A stretch of DNA of 64,000 nt from Patescibacteria group bacterium. Its GTDB lineage: Bacteria; Patescibacteriota; Patescibacteriia; SG8-24; DYFX01. Under the pieces are notes generated by a model. It had not been told where the DNA came from, did not search any database, and worked only from the letters and a program-made list of their open reading frames with translations. Positions 28,375 to 37,635 of the stretch are shown here, in pieces; position 1 is the stretch's first letter; every line of letters starts with the position of its first letter. The translations under genes were made by a program, and so were the position numbers. Where the stretch lies: assembly GCA_041659045.1 (NCBI GenBank), contig JBAZZB010000001.1:518234-582233 (forward strand). Reading direction: 5' to 3'.

Positions 28375-29082
28375 TTACCAACCGACGCTCTGCACGTCGA
28401 TTTCTTTCGGAACATTTTTAATCCATTGAATCGGCGCCTCTCCTTTCGAAAGCAGATACGCGTTCGTTTTGCTAAAGTGCTTGCAGCCGAAGAAGCCGTT
28501 ATGTGCCGAGAGTGGCGAGGGATGCGTCGCCTCGAGAACCAGATGTCTTTCGCGATCGATGTGCATCCCCTTCTTTTGAGCGTAGGCACCCCAGAGGAGA
28601 AAAACGAGCCCCGTTCGGTGTGCGTTTAGTTTCTTAATAATCGCGTCCGTATATTCCTCCCAACCTTTTCTCTGGTGCGAACCGGCTTGTCCGTCAACGA
28701 CCGTGAGCGTCGCGTTGAGCAGAAGCACGCCTTGATCGGCCCAGTGCTGTAGATTCCCCTCCGTTGGGATCGGCAGCTCAAGATCGCTTTTGATTTCCTT
28801 GAAGATGTTTTGGAGCGAGGGCGGTTTTGGCACGCCGTCCGGCACCGAGAAGCACAGGCCGTGCGCTTGGCCGGGACCGTGATACGGATCCTGCCCAAGT
28901 ACGACGACGCGCACGTTTTCAAACGGCACCGATTCAAGCGCGGCGAAGATACGCTTCGGCAATGGGTAGACGGTCTTCGTGAGATATTCTTGTCGCACGA
29001 AATCAGCGAGGCTCTTGAAGTACGGCTTCTCGAACTCCTCTTTCATCTGTTCTTTCCAAGAGGGTTCAAGCCGCACGTTCAT
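28375..29082 (-). CDS. ung: Uracil-DNA glycosylase, family 1
   Basis: Water-activating loop GQDPYH. LLLN and HPSPLS motifs. Confidence 0.9.
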   Translation of the reverse strand: MNVRLEPSWKEQMKEEFEKPYFKSLADFVRQEYLTKTVYPLPKRIFAALESVPFENVRVVVLGQDPYHGPGQAHGLCFSVPDGVPKPPSLQNIFKEIKSDLELPIPTEGNLQHWADQGVLLLNATLTVVDGQAGSHQRKGWEEYTDAIIKKLNAHRTGLVFLLWGAYAQKKGMHIDRERHLVLEATHPSPLSAHNGFFGCKHFSKTNAYLLSKGEAPIQWIKNVPKEIDVQSVGW

Positions 29083-29091
29083 ACGTCTCCA

Positions 29092-29742
29092 TTACAAAGG
29101 AAAATAGAGCCTCGCGTCAAGCCACGGACCCATCTCTGTCTTGGATTGGACGTAGCCGCGCACAGTAACATCCGTGCCTTCGTGGAGGCCGAGATGCAGA
29201 TGTTTCCTCTCCCCATCGGTTTCCGCACTAGAGCCTTTGCCAAGCACACCAAGCGGATCGCCGCGCTTCAGGACATCCCCGACACTCGCAGTGATGCTTG
29301 CGAATCGTAGGTGACCGTAGACGACCGTGACGGGTCTCTTCTCAAGCAGACACTGCTGCACCGCCACGCCACCATAACCGTCTGAAACTTTTTTAAGCAC
29401 CAACGTTCCGTCGCAGACGGCAAGCACGACAACGTCCCGATCCTGCTCATCTTCAAACGTCTCGAAATCGACGCCGACGTGATACCCGCTGAAGCGTTCG
29501 GGACTGACGGGTGATGTTTTCGGTGTCACGTACAAACCGAACGGTTTCTTGGTAACGCGTTCCTGCGCGCGATCAAGCGGGAACCCAAGCAACGCTGTGA
29601 TTTCGACAGGTTCAACTCCACGCGCCTTCGTTGTCGAAACAGACGTTGCAGATTCGTACGGAGCATCCCTTTGCGACGACGCGCTCATGCATCCAGCGCC
29701 AGCCAGAAGGAGCGTACAGAGCGCTGCAAGAATCTTTTTCAT
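29092..29742 (-). CDS. M23 family metallopeptidase lipoprotein
   Basis: Lipoprotein signal MKKILAALCTLLLAGAGC. HxxxD (HVGVD) and HxH (HLHLGLH) motifs. Confidence 0.8.
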   Translation of the reverse strand: MKKILAALCTLLLAGAGCMSASSQRDAPYESATSVSTTKARGVEPVEITALLGFPLDRAQERVTKKPFGLYVTPKTSPVSPERFSGYHVGVDFETFEDEQDRDVVVLAVCDGTLVLKKVSDGYGGVAVQQCLLEKRPVTVVYGHLRFASITASVGDVLKRGDPLGVLGKGSSAETDGERKHLHLGLHEGTDVTVRGYVQSKTEMGPWLDARLYFPL

Positions 29743-29759
29743 ATCTCTACGCTAACAAA

Positions 29760-29790
29760 AAACGCGCCTTGATGAAAGCGCGGAATACTG
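29760..29790 (-). terminator. Rho-independent terminator after the GNAT gene
   Basis: Minus strand: CGCGC-tttcatcaag-GCGCG followed by TTTTTTG. Confidence 0.45.
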
Positions 29791-29793
29791 CAG

Positions 29794-30225
29794 TTAGAGG
29801 CGCATGCCGAACACATTCGTATCGTACTGGCTGAAACCGAGCGAAGCGTACAAACGTCTTGCTGACGCGCGACGCGGACTGCTCGTGAGGAGCAGTGACT
29901 TCAAACCAAGTTCACGCGCGTGATCGATCAGCGCCCGCATAAGCAAAGCACCTCCTCCTTGCCCGCGGAACGCTTCATCTACGACGACATCTTCGACCAA
30001 ACCTTCGCGTCCCATGAGCTTGCAGCAGATCGCGAGAGTGGCCATGCCGCGAAGCGTGTACGCGTCGTCGCGCAAGAGAAAGAGCTCTGCGTTTGCCGCA
30101 ACGTCCAGAACATCATCGATTGAAACACGGGGTGCGCGCTCGGAAAGCTGCGCAAGCAGACGGTTGATCGCTTCGATGTCGGCCGCCGTGATACTGACGC
30201 CCGAACCCATGTGCTGAATCTGCAT
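29794..30225 (-). CDS. GNAT family N-acetyltransferase
   Basis: Motif A RGQGGGALLMRAL and an acetyl-CoA binding fold pattern. Confidence 0.8.
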   Translation of the reverse strand: MQIQHMGSGVSITAADIEAINRLLAQLSERAPRVSIDDVLDVAANAELFLLRDDAYTLRGMATLAICCKLMGREGLVEDVVVDEAFRGQGGGALLMRALIDHARELGLKSLLLTSSPRRASARRLYASLGFSQYDTNVFGMRL

Positions 30226-30226
30226 G

Positions 30227-30991
30227 TTACCTCCGGAGCAGGAGTTTCCAAGGCAAGATCATCGCTTCAAAAACAATCGATCGACTGATCTTCGACCGGC
30301 CTTTGCGACGGTCGCGGAAGACGATCGGTACTTCAACAGGCACATGCCCGCCGAGCGCGGCGAACAGTTTCGTCTCGATCTGAAAGGCGTAGCCGTTGCT
30401 TCCCGGCCGCCGCGCAAGCACTTTCTCAAGCACGTCACGGCGCCAGGCCACAAAGCCCGCGGTGGCATCATGTACCGAAAATTTCGAAAAACGCAAGCCT
30501 AGCACCACGCGCGCGTAGACGTTCGCGTAATGACTGAGCCACCGGCGACGCCACGGCCAATCGGGGCAATCCCCTCCCGGCACGTACCGCGAGCCAACCG
30601 AAACGCCAGCCGCACGTGAAGCACGCACCAACTCCGGCACCTTAGCCGGCTCGTGCGAAAAATCAGCGTCCATTTCAAGAAGCACGTCATAGTGCGGCGC
30701 GTTCTCGAGCAACCAACCGAAGGCGTCGACGTATGCCGTGCCAAGGCCGAGCTTGCCAGAGCGCTTCATGAGCCACACACGCGTCGTCGCCTTCCGAGCC
30801 GCCTCACGGATACGCTCAGCCGTGCCATCCGGACTGGCATCATCCACAAAAAAGATATCGGTTTGCGTGCGACCGATCGCTTCGATCAACTCATTGATGT
30901 TGTCGCTCTCGTTGTATGTCGGAATAACCGCCACCGCCGCGCCGGCAGGGCAATCGTTGAGCGACTCGATACTCAGCACACGCGCGTTCAT
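30227..30991 (-). CDS. GT2 polyprenol-phosphate sugar synthase (Dpm1/Ppm1/ArnC-like)
   Basis: VIPTYNE, VDDASPDGT and EMDADFSH (DxD-type) motifs. ATGA 4-nt overlap with the upstream GT-C gene. Confidence 0.8.
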   Translation of the reverse strand: MNARVLSIESLNDCPAGAAVAVIPTYNESDNINELIEAIGRTQTDIFFVDDASPDGTAERIREAARKATTRVWLMKRSGKLGLGTAYVDAFGWLLENAPHYDVLLEMDADFSHEPAKVPELVRASRAAGVSVGSRYVPGGDCPDWPWRRRWLSHYANVYARVVLGLRFSKFSVHDATAGFVAWRRDVLEKVLARRPGSNGYAFQIETKLFAALGGHVPVEVPIVFRDRRKGRSKISRSIVFEAMILPWKLLLRR

Positions 30992-32382
30992 TGCTTCGGC
31001 TTTCGCGCTTTCCAAGCTTCGTACCAGCGCCACATGCAAGACGCCGCCATGAGTGCCAGAATCGAATCGAACGGTATGCGATATTTCGTGCCCGGAACCG
31101 TGAGAACATACGTTATCGTGAACGCGATCGCGAGACCGACGAACAGCCACGTGCGCTTGCGGTCTTCTTTTGAAGAGAAGGCCCACTCAAGCACGCCGAA
31201 GACGAGGAGAAATCCATAACTCAACGCGTACCCCCAGTTCATGAAGGCCGCTGAAAGAATAACCGATCCGGTGCCACCAACGGCATCCTTTGGCGTCCAC
31301 ATCCATGGGCGCCACAGAAGGTTGAATTTCATCGCCATGAGACCGACAGTCTCTCCTGGATTCGCGCGAATCCACTCCCACGCCTTCTTCTGGTAATAAC
31401 TCTGGCTCTCCAGTTCGGTGTACCCCTTCATGAAGCCGCAACCTGTTTTGTGTACACCTGTCATCGGCGTCGGGCGCGCGTCGACAGGATCCGGTGTCGC
31501 GTCCACCCACAAACCGTGCAGCATCATCTGCATCGCGAGCGGATGATAGGCCTTGTAGAAAACGCGGCCTCCGTCCGTCGTGAACGGCACGAACGCGTGG
31601 TGGACTTTCCAGTTACGAATAACCCAAGGCGTCATAACCAAGAGTGCCATCGCGGCCATGAGAGCGACGCGTTTCGCGGTTAACGCCAGCGATCCCCAGC
31701 GCCATAGGAGCCAAAGAGAAGCGATCGGTGCGATGAAGATCATGGGCCCGCTTGTCGCCAAAAGCGCGAAGCCAATAGCCAAGCCGGTGAGCGCCGCTGT
31801 TTTAACGCTCTTGGTACGCTCAAGCTTCAGGAAGCCGAGCACCGCAAGCAACATGAAGAACGTAAACAGGAACGTAATGTAGAACTGGATGTCGTGATAG
31901 AGATTGTAGGGATAGATCGCCATGAAGAACGCGCCAAGAAGCCCAGCGCGTTTTGAACGCCATTCAACACCAACGCGATACACCAAATACACGTTCACGA
32001 CGCTAAAGATCACTTGCGTCAGGCCGAGCGGCCAAGCGTAGCCAGCGTCGCCGAATAGGACGTAGAACGGGATAAGGAAAAAGATATACAACGGCGCTCG
32101 GTAGGACGTCGGGCAGTCCGACGCGATCCCCATGCCGTGCCCGATAGAAACGTTCCATGCCTGATTGGAGAAACCTTTCTCGTCGCGCGAATAGAGGTCG
32201 TTGTGGTAGACGACCAGCATGCCGAGTCTCAAAACCAGCGCGAGCAGAAGAACAACAAAAAGCAGGGCGCTGGCATTGCGCTCAACCCGCTCAGAAAGCG
32301 TGCCATTTCCCTTGAAAATGTCGCGAAACGCATCACGAATCTGAAGCGCTTTTTGCACCCACATAGTAGCTGCATGGTACAT
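30988..32382 (-). CDS. GT-C fold membrane glycosyltransferase (PMT/ArnT-like; families GT39/GT83)
   Basis: ~12 TM helices. Conserved DE motif in the first extracytoplasmic loop (YSRDEKGF). Translationally coupled to the Dpm1-like gene. Confidence 0.7.
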   Translation of the reverse strand: MYHAATMWVQKALQIRDAFRDIFKGNGTLSERVERNASALLFVVLLLALVLRLGMLVVYHNDLYSRDEKGFSNQAWNVSIGHGMGIASDCPTSYRAPLYIFFLIPFYVLFGDAGYAWPLGLTQVIFSVVNVYLVYRVGVEWRSKRAGLLGAFFMAIYPYNLYHDIQFYITFLFTFFMLLAVLGFLKLERTKSVKTAALTGLAIGFALLATSGPMIFIAPIASLWLLWRWGSLALTAKRVALMAAMALLVMTPWVIRNWKVHHAFVPFTTDGGRVFYKAYHPLAMQMMLHGLWVDATPDPVDARPTPMTGVHKTGCGFMKGYTELESQSYYQKKAWEWIRANPGETVGLMAMKFNLLWRPWMWTPKDAVGGTGSVILSAAFMNWGYALSYGFLLVFGVLEWAFSSKEDRKRTWLFVGLAIAFTITYVLTVPGTKYRIPFDSILALMAASCMWRWYEAWKARKPKQ

Positions 32383-32413
32383 GGCGACATGGCACTAGGC
32401 AACCCGCCAATGC

Positions 32414-33298
32414 TTGGTAGAATGGCTGTCTATGGCCCCTTCCTGCCCCGTCTGCACTGACACCGCTGTCGCCTACGCCAAGAAAAACGGCTTTGAATTT
32501 TGGCGCTCCCCCGCTTGTGGCCTCCTGTTCGTGTGGCCGTTTCTTAAAACGGCCCCGCAAGAGATCTACGAGGAAGACTACTTCGCCGGCGCGAAAGGCG
32601 GTTTCGGATATACCGACTACGACGCGGACAAATCGGTACTTGAAGGTTTCTTTAGAAAGTTTTTAAAACAGCTCGCGACCACGAGCCCAACGAAGGGAAA
32701 ACTGCTCGATGTCGGAGCCGCAACCGGCCACTTTGTCGGACTGGCGCAAGCGGAGGGCTGGCAAGCGGAGGGTATCGACATCTCGGCGCACAGCGTTGCC
32801 CTCGGCAAAGCCAAAGGTTTGAAGATGGAGCGCGCGACACTCGACAATTTTTCCGCGTCGCCCGAGAGCTTTGATGCGCTCACACTCTGGGACGTGCTCG
32901 AACACGTACCCGACCCGCTCGCCGCTCTCGACCACTGCAAAACGCTTCTCAAAAACGATGGACTCCTCGTCATCAATACACCGGACGGCGAAAGCGGCTG
33001 GGCGCGACTCATGGGCCCGCGTTGGCACGCGCTCGTACCGCCGGAGCACGTCTGCATCTTCAACCAACGCGCCTTGGAGCGCATCTTGAAAGCGCGCGGA
33101 TTCGAAGTGCTGCGCGTCGAACATCCCGTTAAAGTCTTCACGCTCCCCTACATCCTTAGCACTTTCTCGCGCTGGATCGGTTTTGCGCTGCTGCGCAGCA
33201 TTAAAAAAATCCTCGCCTGGAGGATTTTCTCGATTGTCGGAATTCCGCTGCCGCTCAAAGACAACATTCTGATCGTTGCCAAAAAAACGCAAAAATGA
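32414..33298 (+). CDS. Class I SAM methyltransferase with N-terminal Cys4 zinc ribbon
   Basis: CPVC...SPAC zinc ribbon. Motif I LLDVGAATG. DALTLWDVLEH post-II motif. Confidence 0.7.
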   Translation: MVEWLSMAPSCPVCTDTAVAYAKKNGFEFWRSPACGLLFVWPFLKTAPQEIYEEDYFAGAKGGFGYTDYDADKSVLEGFFRKFLKQLATTSPTKGKLLDVGAATGHFVGLAQAEGWQAEGIDISAHSVALGKAKGLKMERATLDNFSASPESFDALTLWDVLEHVPDPLAALDHCKTLLKNDGLLVINTPDGESGWARLMGPRWHALVPPEHVCIFNQRALERILKARGFEVLRVEHPVKVFTLPYILSTFSRWIGFALLRSIKKILAWRIFSIVGIPLPLKDNILIVAKKTQK

Positions 33299-33323
33299 TA
33301 GCCTAACGTTGATCAAAAACCAC

Positions 33324-33397
33324 GGGGGCGTGGTGAAATGGTATCACAAGGGTCTCCAAAACCCTTGTCGTAGGTTCGATTCCTACCGCCCCTGCCA
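33324..33397 (+). tRNA. tRNA-Trp (anticodon CCA)
   Basis: Manual fold: acceptor GGGGGCG/CGCCCCT (G1-U72), anticodon stem AGGGT/ACCCT with loop CTCCAAA, T-arm GTAGG-TTCGATT-CCTAC. 3' end ...CCCCUGCCA, like E. coli tRNA-Trp. Confidence 0.85.
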
Positions 33398-33552
33398 GCA
33401 AGAACTTCGCTAAGTATAGCGGAGTTTTTGCTATGGGACTCATGGAATCGAACTGCGTCTCCATCCCACATGTATCGCTTGACATAACGCCCCCCCCATC
33501 CAGCATGCTTGCGATGGCTCACCAACCAACCCGAGCCATTGGAGAGAGAAAA

Positions 33553-34395
33553 ATGCAGAAACACGGTTCCTTCCATCTCTTGACACTGATACTGTTTCTA
33601 GGGGGCTGTACGGCTGACACCAGCAACGATGATTCATCAACGGATACGCCTACCGTTTCCGTTGATGGACGCGGGAACAGGCTCGGCAACCTCGCGATTG
33701 CCGTCGATGACGACGGTACCGCTTCCGAAGTCATCCTGAATATCGATTCCGGCAGTGACAATCTTCATGTGGTACTGCGTGACGGCAAAGGAGCGACGGC
33801 TCTTTCAGCGGAAAAACGCGCCGGCCTCATTGTCGTGGAACCTTTCCGGGCCGTTGCCAGCGAGACCTTGTCGGCGCTCGACGTGTACGTCAACGGAGAA
33901 ATCTTCGGTGTATTGGATGTCTACGTGCAGGAAGATCTCCCTTCTGTGCCAGATCACTATGTTCATTTGATACAGACGCAAGGCGAGGGATACTTCATCA
34001 TCGACATGATGGGGCTCTCGAACGCGATGCGGACCTCACAAACTCCAAGTGAAGGTTCCGAGGGGACCGTGACTCAAGCACTCTCTTGTGGAAACGGAAC
34101 ATCGGGTCCCGGCATTGCCGATTTTTGGAGCGGCAGCCCTGGTAGTGGCGGTCAAGGATTCTCCTTCATGCCCGAATGGACCAACACCCTATTCTGGGCT
34201 CTCAATGGAGAACTCACTGCTGACGGCATTTACCGCTCATCTTGGGGCTGCGGAACAGCATTGAAGATCCCGAACAACTGTAGTGTCTACGTCAAGCAGG
34301 ATGCATCTCTCCAAAACTGCTGTGGCTTTCCGTGGTTCCAGCCCTCGTGGATTAACACGTACAGCGATTCGTACTTTCCAGATTGCCCGCTGTAG
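33553..34395 (+). CDS. Hypothetical lipoprotein with Cys-rich C-terminus (in a lower-GC islet)
   Basis: Lipobox LILFLGGC. Atypical codon usage (low GC3). GAGAGAG RBS. Confidence 0.5.
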   Translation: MQKHGSFHLLTLILFLGGCTADTSNDDSSTDTPTVSVDGRGNRLGNLAIAVDDDGTASEVILNIDSGSDNLHVVLRDGKGATALSAEKRAGLIVVEPFRAVASETLSALDVYVNGEIFGVLDVYVQEDLPSVPDHYVHLIQTQGEGYFIIDMMGLSNAMRTSQTPSEGSEGTVTQALSCGNGTSGPGIADFWSGSPGSGGQGFSFMPEWTNTLFWALNGELTADGIYRSSWGCGTALKIPNNCSVYVKQDASLQNCCGFPWFQPSWINTYSDSYFPDCPL

Positions 34396-34487
34396 GTCTT
34401 GACCGAAGGCGTGTAGCGCTTGAGGATAGGGCCGCCATATTCTACAATTATGGTGGCTTTTTATTTTTTACCACTATATTCTCCTAT

Positions 34488-34868
34488 ATGTATTTAATGC
34501 TTCTGCGATCTATTGTTGGAGTAGTGGCGGCGTTGATGGCCGTTGCCGCCGGTTTATATCTCCGTACTCGATATGTTGGGTTTGAACCGATTCCTGCAGC
34601 CATATTTTTTGTGGTAGTGTGCGTGTTGGGATTTGTCATCCTGTATGCCCTTCGAACACAGCCGCGTCCTGCCATCACAATCGCGTTGCTCGCTGGGGTC
34701 GCTTGTTTGCTCACTGTGGAAGTCTACCCGCTCATACAGGAAAAAAAGATCATTGCCCAATACGGTATGAATTGCGATAGAACCCAACCTCAGATTGCGC
34801 GTGAAGGTTTTTTCTGGATGCACTCCATTGCATGCGGTGAAGACGGACGCTGGGTGGGCGCTGAATAG
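34488..34868 (+). CDS. Hypothetical small membrane protein (lower-GC islet)
   Basis: Hydrophobic helices. Very AT-rich 5' region. Start uncertain. Confidence 0.4.
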   Translation: MYLMLLRSIVGVVAALMAVAAGLYLRTRYVGFEPIPAAIFFVVVCVLGFVILYALRTQPRPAITIALLAGVACLLTVEVYPLIQEKKIIAQYGMNCDRTQPQIAREGFFWMHSIACGEDGRWVGAE

Positions 34869-35103
34869 TGGCAACCACCTACGCCGCACAGTAGAGCGTT
34901 CGAACAACGTCTACGATCCCCTGTCAAGAGGACTCCAATACGCTTGGGGTCTTTTTGATTGGGGTACTCGCTTACGACCGTTGATGAATACAATATCCAT
35001 CTCGTCACCTAAACAAAAAAACACTCGGGGAACACCTCGTGGGTATCCTACCAAGTGCTGCGCTCCCAACTCGCTTCACCCCTGCATGGTGCGTGCAATC
35101 GAG

Positions 35104-35517
35104 TCAGGAGCTGGAGATGATCACGGGCGGGTGGAAGTGAGGCGAGACGTAGACGAGCATCTTGTGGCTCTTCCGCACCTGGCCGCCCCACTCCTCGAGT
35201 CGATCGTACGTGCCGATACAGTCGGACTGACCGGGTTTTCCTGCGAGCTCCGCATGGACCTGGCCGTTCTGGGTCCAGACCAGTGTATGGCCGAGGACCT
35301 GCGCGCCGCGCGGGATTTTAGTGCCTTCCCACACGAGGAAGAAGACGCGCCCGCCTTTCGCTCGCAAAGCGCGCTGGATGGAACTCACGGCCAGCTCGGC
35401 GAGTGCGGCAGAGAAGTTGTGCTCGCCGCCGAGGTTGATGGGGTTCGGACTGTTCGTCGTCACGAGCATGCCTCGCTCGACGGTCACTTCCTGCACGATG
35501 ACGGGCGGATGAGACAT
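35104..35517 (-). CDS. Hypothetical protein
   Basis: Strong GC3 bias on the minus strand. No recognisable domain. Confidence 0.5.
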   Translation of the reverse strand: MSHPPVIVQEVTVERGMLVTTNSPNPINLGGEHNFSAALAELAVSSIQRALRAKGGRVFFLVWEGTKIPRGAQVLGHTLVWTQNGQVHAELAGKPGQSDCIGTYDRLEEWGGQVRKSHKMLVYVSPHFHPPVIISSS

Positions 35518-35637
35518 GAGCCTCTTCTCCTCTTGCGGCCGCATAGGCCGTACTTCGCGAACGATTCTCGATTCCGCACGATGCGGGTTCAAGCACCGAA
35601 CACGAGAGGATAGTACGTTTTCTTATGCTTGTCAATC

Positions 35638-35823
35638 CTATTCGGCTTCCCACTTCTCCTCAAAAATCTTCTCAATCTCCTCATCGTCCAACCCAAAATG
35701 GTGACCAATCTCATGGATGAGCGTTTGGCGGATGACTTCGAACAGTTTGAGTCCGGAGCTTTCCGCTACTTCTTCTAAGATTGACAAGATGGTTCGATTT
35801 TGTAATTCTTTGCGCAACGCCAA
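35638..35823 (-). CDS. Truncated COG3824-like zinc metallopeptidase (HExxH) fragment, possible gene remnant
   Basis: LIHEIGHHFGLDDEEI matches the C-terminal HExxH region of ~120-aa COG3824 proteins. The N-terminal half is absent. Low GC3. Confidence 0.35.
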   Translation of the reverse strand: MALRKELQNRTILSILEEVAESSGLKLFEVIRQTLIHEIGHHFGLDDEEIEKIFEEKWEAE

Positions 35824-35843
35824 CAGGACGGGAGAATACGTCG

Positions 35844-36080
35844 ATGATGAGGTTCATGGATCCGAGTCACGTGACACGCATGATGGAGCTCGCCCGGGGC
35901 TCGTACCGGCCGAAACTGATCCTCGATCTCAAGCGGCAGATCGAAGGCGAAAAGCGTGCCGCCGAGCTGCAAGCAACCGTTTCTGGCAAGGTCGACGAAG
36001 ACCGCGTGCGCCACATCGTCGGACTCATGCTCGAGCTCGACGGCCTATACGCGGCCTGGGCGGAAGGAAGGATCTCCTAG
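35844..36080 (+). CDS. Hypothetical small protein (78 aa)
   Basis: High GC3. GGGAG RBS 7 nt upstream of ATG. Followed by a bidirectional terminator. Confidence 0.5.
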   Translation: MMRFMDPSHVTRMMELARGSYRPKLILDLKRQIEGEKRAAELQATVSGKVDEDRVRHIVGLMLELDGLYAAWAEGRIS

Positions 36081-36150
36081 GGCTTTAGAATCGGTCACGT
36101 GCCGGCAATAACATTATTGCCGGCTATTTTATTAGCCCTAACTTCTCTGA

Positions 36151-36180
36151 GATGCAAAAACGCCCCTTTCGGGGCGGTTT
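36151..36180. terminator. Bidirectional Rho-independent terminator (shared by the 35844..36080 gene and rpmG)
   Basis: AAAAAC-GCCCC-tttc-GGGGC-GGTTTTT. Confidence 0.6.
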
Positions 36181-36336
36181 TTACTTGGTCTCCTTGTGGA
36201 CCGTGTGCTTTTTGCACCACTCGCAGTGCTTCTTGAGCTCAATACGAGCCTTCAGCTTCTTCTTGTTCTTGTGGGAGTGGTAGTTGGCCCGCTTGCACTC
36301 GGTGCACTCGAGCTTGATGAGGTTGTCCTGTGGCAT
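36181..36336 (-). CDS. rpmG: 50S ribosomal protein L33
   Basis: [51 protein letters not shown]: Cys4 zinc ribbon, 51 aa. Confidence 0.9.
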   Translation of the reverse strand: MPQDNLIKLECTECKRANYHSHKNKKKLKARIELKKHCEWCKKHTVHKETK

Positions 36337-36422
36337 AGCGACTGCGGTGAATGATGGGGAAAGAATACGCTTAAACCGTTCCGGCGTCAAGGGTGCTCGC
36401 CACCCGAAGCCTCGGCGACGGG

Positions 36423-36498
36423 TGGAGCCACCTCTGGGACTCGAACCCAGGACCGTCAGTTTACAAAACTGGTGCTCTACCAACTGAGCTAAGGTGGC
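36423..36498 (-). tRNA. tRNA-Thr (anticodon TGT)
   Basis: Manual fold: acceptor GCCACCT/AGGTGGC, D-arm GCTC-AGTTGGTA-GAGC, anticodon loop TTTGTAA, T-arm CTGGG-TTCGAGT-CCCAG, 3' CCA. Confidence 0.85.
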
Positions 36499-36559
36499 GC
36501 AAACTTTTGCTGGATTTTCGTGCAGGACGCAGCGCTCCACTCCCGTGAAACGCTATGCC

Positions 36560-36646
36560 CTGGTGGGCAGTCAAGGATTCGAACCTTGGAAGGCACAAGG
36601 CCAGCAGATTTACAGTCTGCCCTCGTTGACCGCTTGAGTAACTGCC
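36560..36646 (-). tRNA. tRNA-Tyr (anticodon GTA)
   Basis: Manual fold: acceptor GGGCAGT/ACTGCCC, long variable arm, anticodon stem GCAGA/TCTGC with loop CTGTAAA, T-arm CAAGG-TTCGAAT-CCTTG, 3' ACCA. Confidence 0.85.
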
Positions 36647-36647
36647 C

Positions 36648-36723
<76 letters not shown>

Positions 36724-36733
36724 CGCTGGATTT

Positions 36734-37633
36734 TCACGATTTTCCGGACATTTCAGAGATCCGTACCCGGAACTCCTCGAGCTTCGCGTTTCCGGGGTTC
36801 ACCTCTTCCAAGGCGGAAAGGGCTTCCCGAGCCGCATCTGCGTCGCCTACGAGTATACTCGCCTCCAAAAAATAATCAAGGTACTTCGGATTGTGCGGTT
36901 CTGCCTGGAGCGCTGTGCGGAACTGATCGACCGCTTTGCGGCCATCCCCTTGGGTCAGGTAAACCCTCCCCAACTCGGCCCGATAGACCGTCGCGTTGGC
37001 GGAAAGCTCGATCGACCGGAGGTAGCGCGCTTCGGCCTCTTCGAAGTTTCCACGGTTGGCCTCGATCTGACCCAGACGCCCCAGAGCGCGATCATCGTCG
37101 CTCTGCAGACGCAGGAGAAATTCGAGGATCTCAGCTGCCTGATCCGGCTGTTTTTGCGCCAGATACAACTCCGCCAACCCACGGTAGGCCTCGACGTTCT
37201 TGGCATCGGCTTTCAATGCCTCGATGTAGAGCTTCTCAGCCTCTTCGTAGCGTTCCTCAAGGCGGGCATGCTCAGCCTGATCCAAAAGAGCCGGCAGGCG
37301 CTCCACCGCCTTGGCGTGCTCAGCGGCGGTCGTTGGACGGCGTACGTGACCGTCCATGCGCGCTTCCATGCCCTTCAGCTTGTCCTGCGTGCGCTCAAAC
37401 CAGTTTTTGACACGAGAAGACGCGGCACCAACCGCTTCGTTGGTCTTGCCCTGGATCTTGCCGAGCGAGCGCTCAAAACGATCCTGCATGATGCGCTTTT
37501 TGACCGCCTCGTGCCGTTCTTTGGCGAGTGTCGAAAGATCAATCAGCTTGAGCTGAGGAAATTTCTTCACGAGCACGCCGTAGATCAGCGCGACACCCGC
37601 GAGCACGAGCAAAATGCCGATGAAAGTCCACAT
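36734..37633 (-). CDS. TPR-repeat protein with N-terminal TM anchor
   Basis: N-terminal hydrophobic helix. C-terminal half made of TPR-like repeats (AEARYLRSIEL..., AELGRVYLTQGD...). Confidence 0.65.
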   Translation of the reverse strand: MWTFIGILLVLAGVALIYGVLVKKFPQLKLIDLSTLAKERHEAVKKRIMQDRFERSLGKIQGKTNEAVGAASSRVKNWFERTQDKLKGMEARMDGHVRRPTTAAEHAKAVERLPALLDQAEHARLEERYEEAEKLYIEALKADAKNVEAYRGLAELYLAQKQPDQAAEILEFLLRLQSDDDRALGRLGQIEANRGNFEEAEARYLRSIELSANATVYRAELGRVYLTQGDGRKAVDQFRTALQAEPHNPKYLDYFLEASILVGDADAAREALSALEEVNPGNAKLEEFRVRISEMSGKS

Positions 37634-37635
37634 AC

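Noticed and set aside
33324-35100. Integrated prophage or integrative element at tRNA-Trp
   Set aside because: No integrase, recombinase or attL/attR direct repeat is visible. Only compositional deviation supports foreign origin, so it is reported as an islet, not a mobile element.
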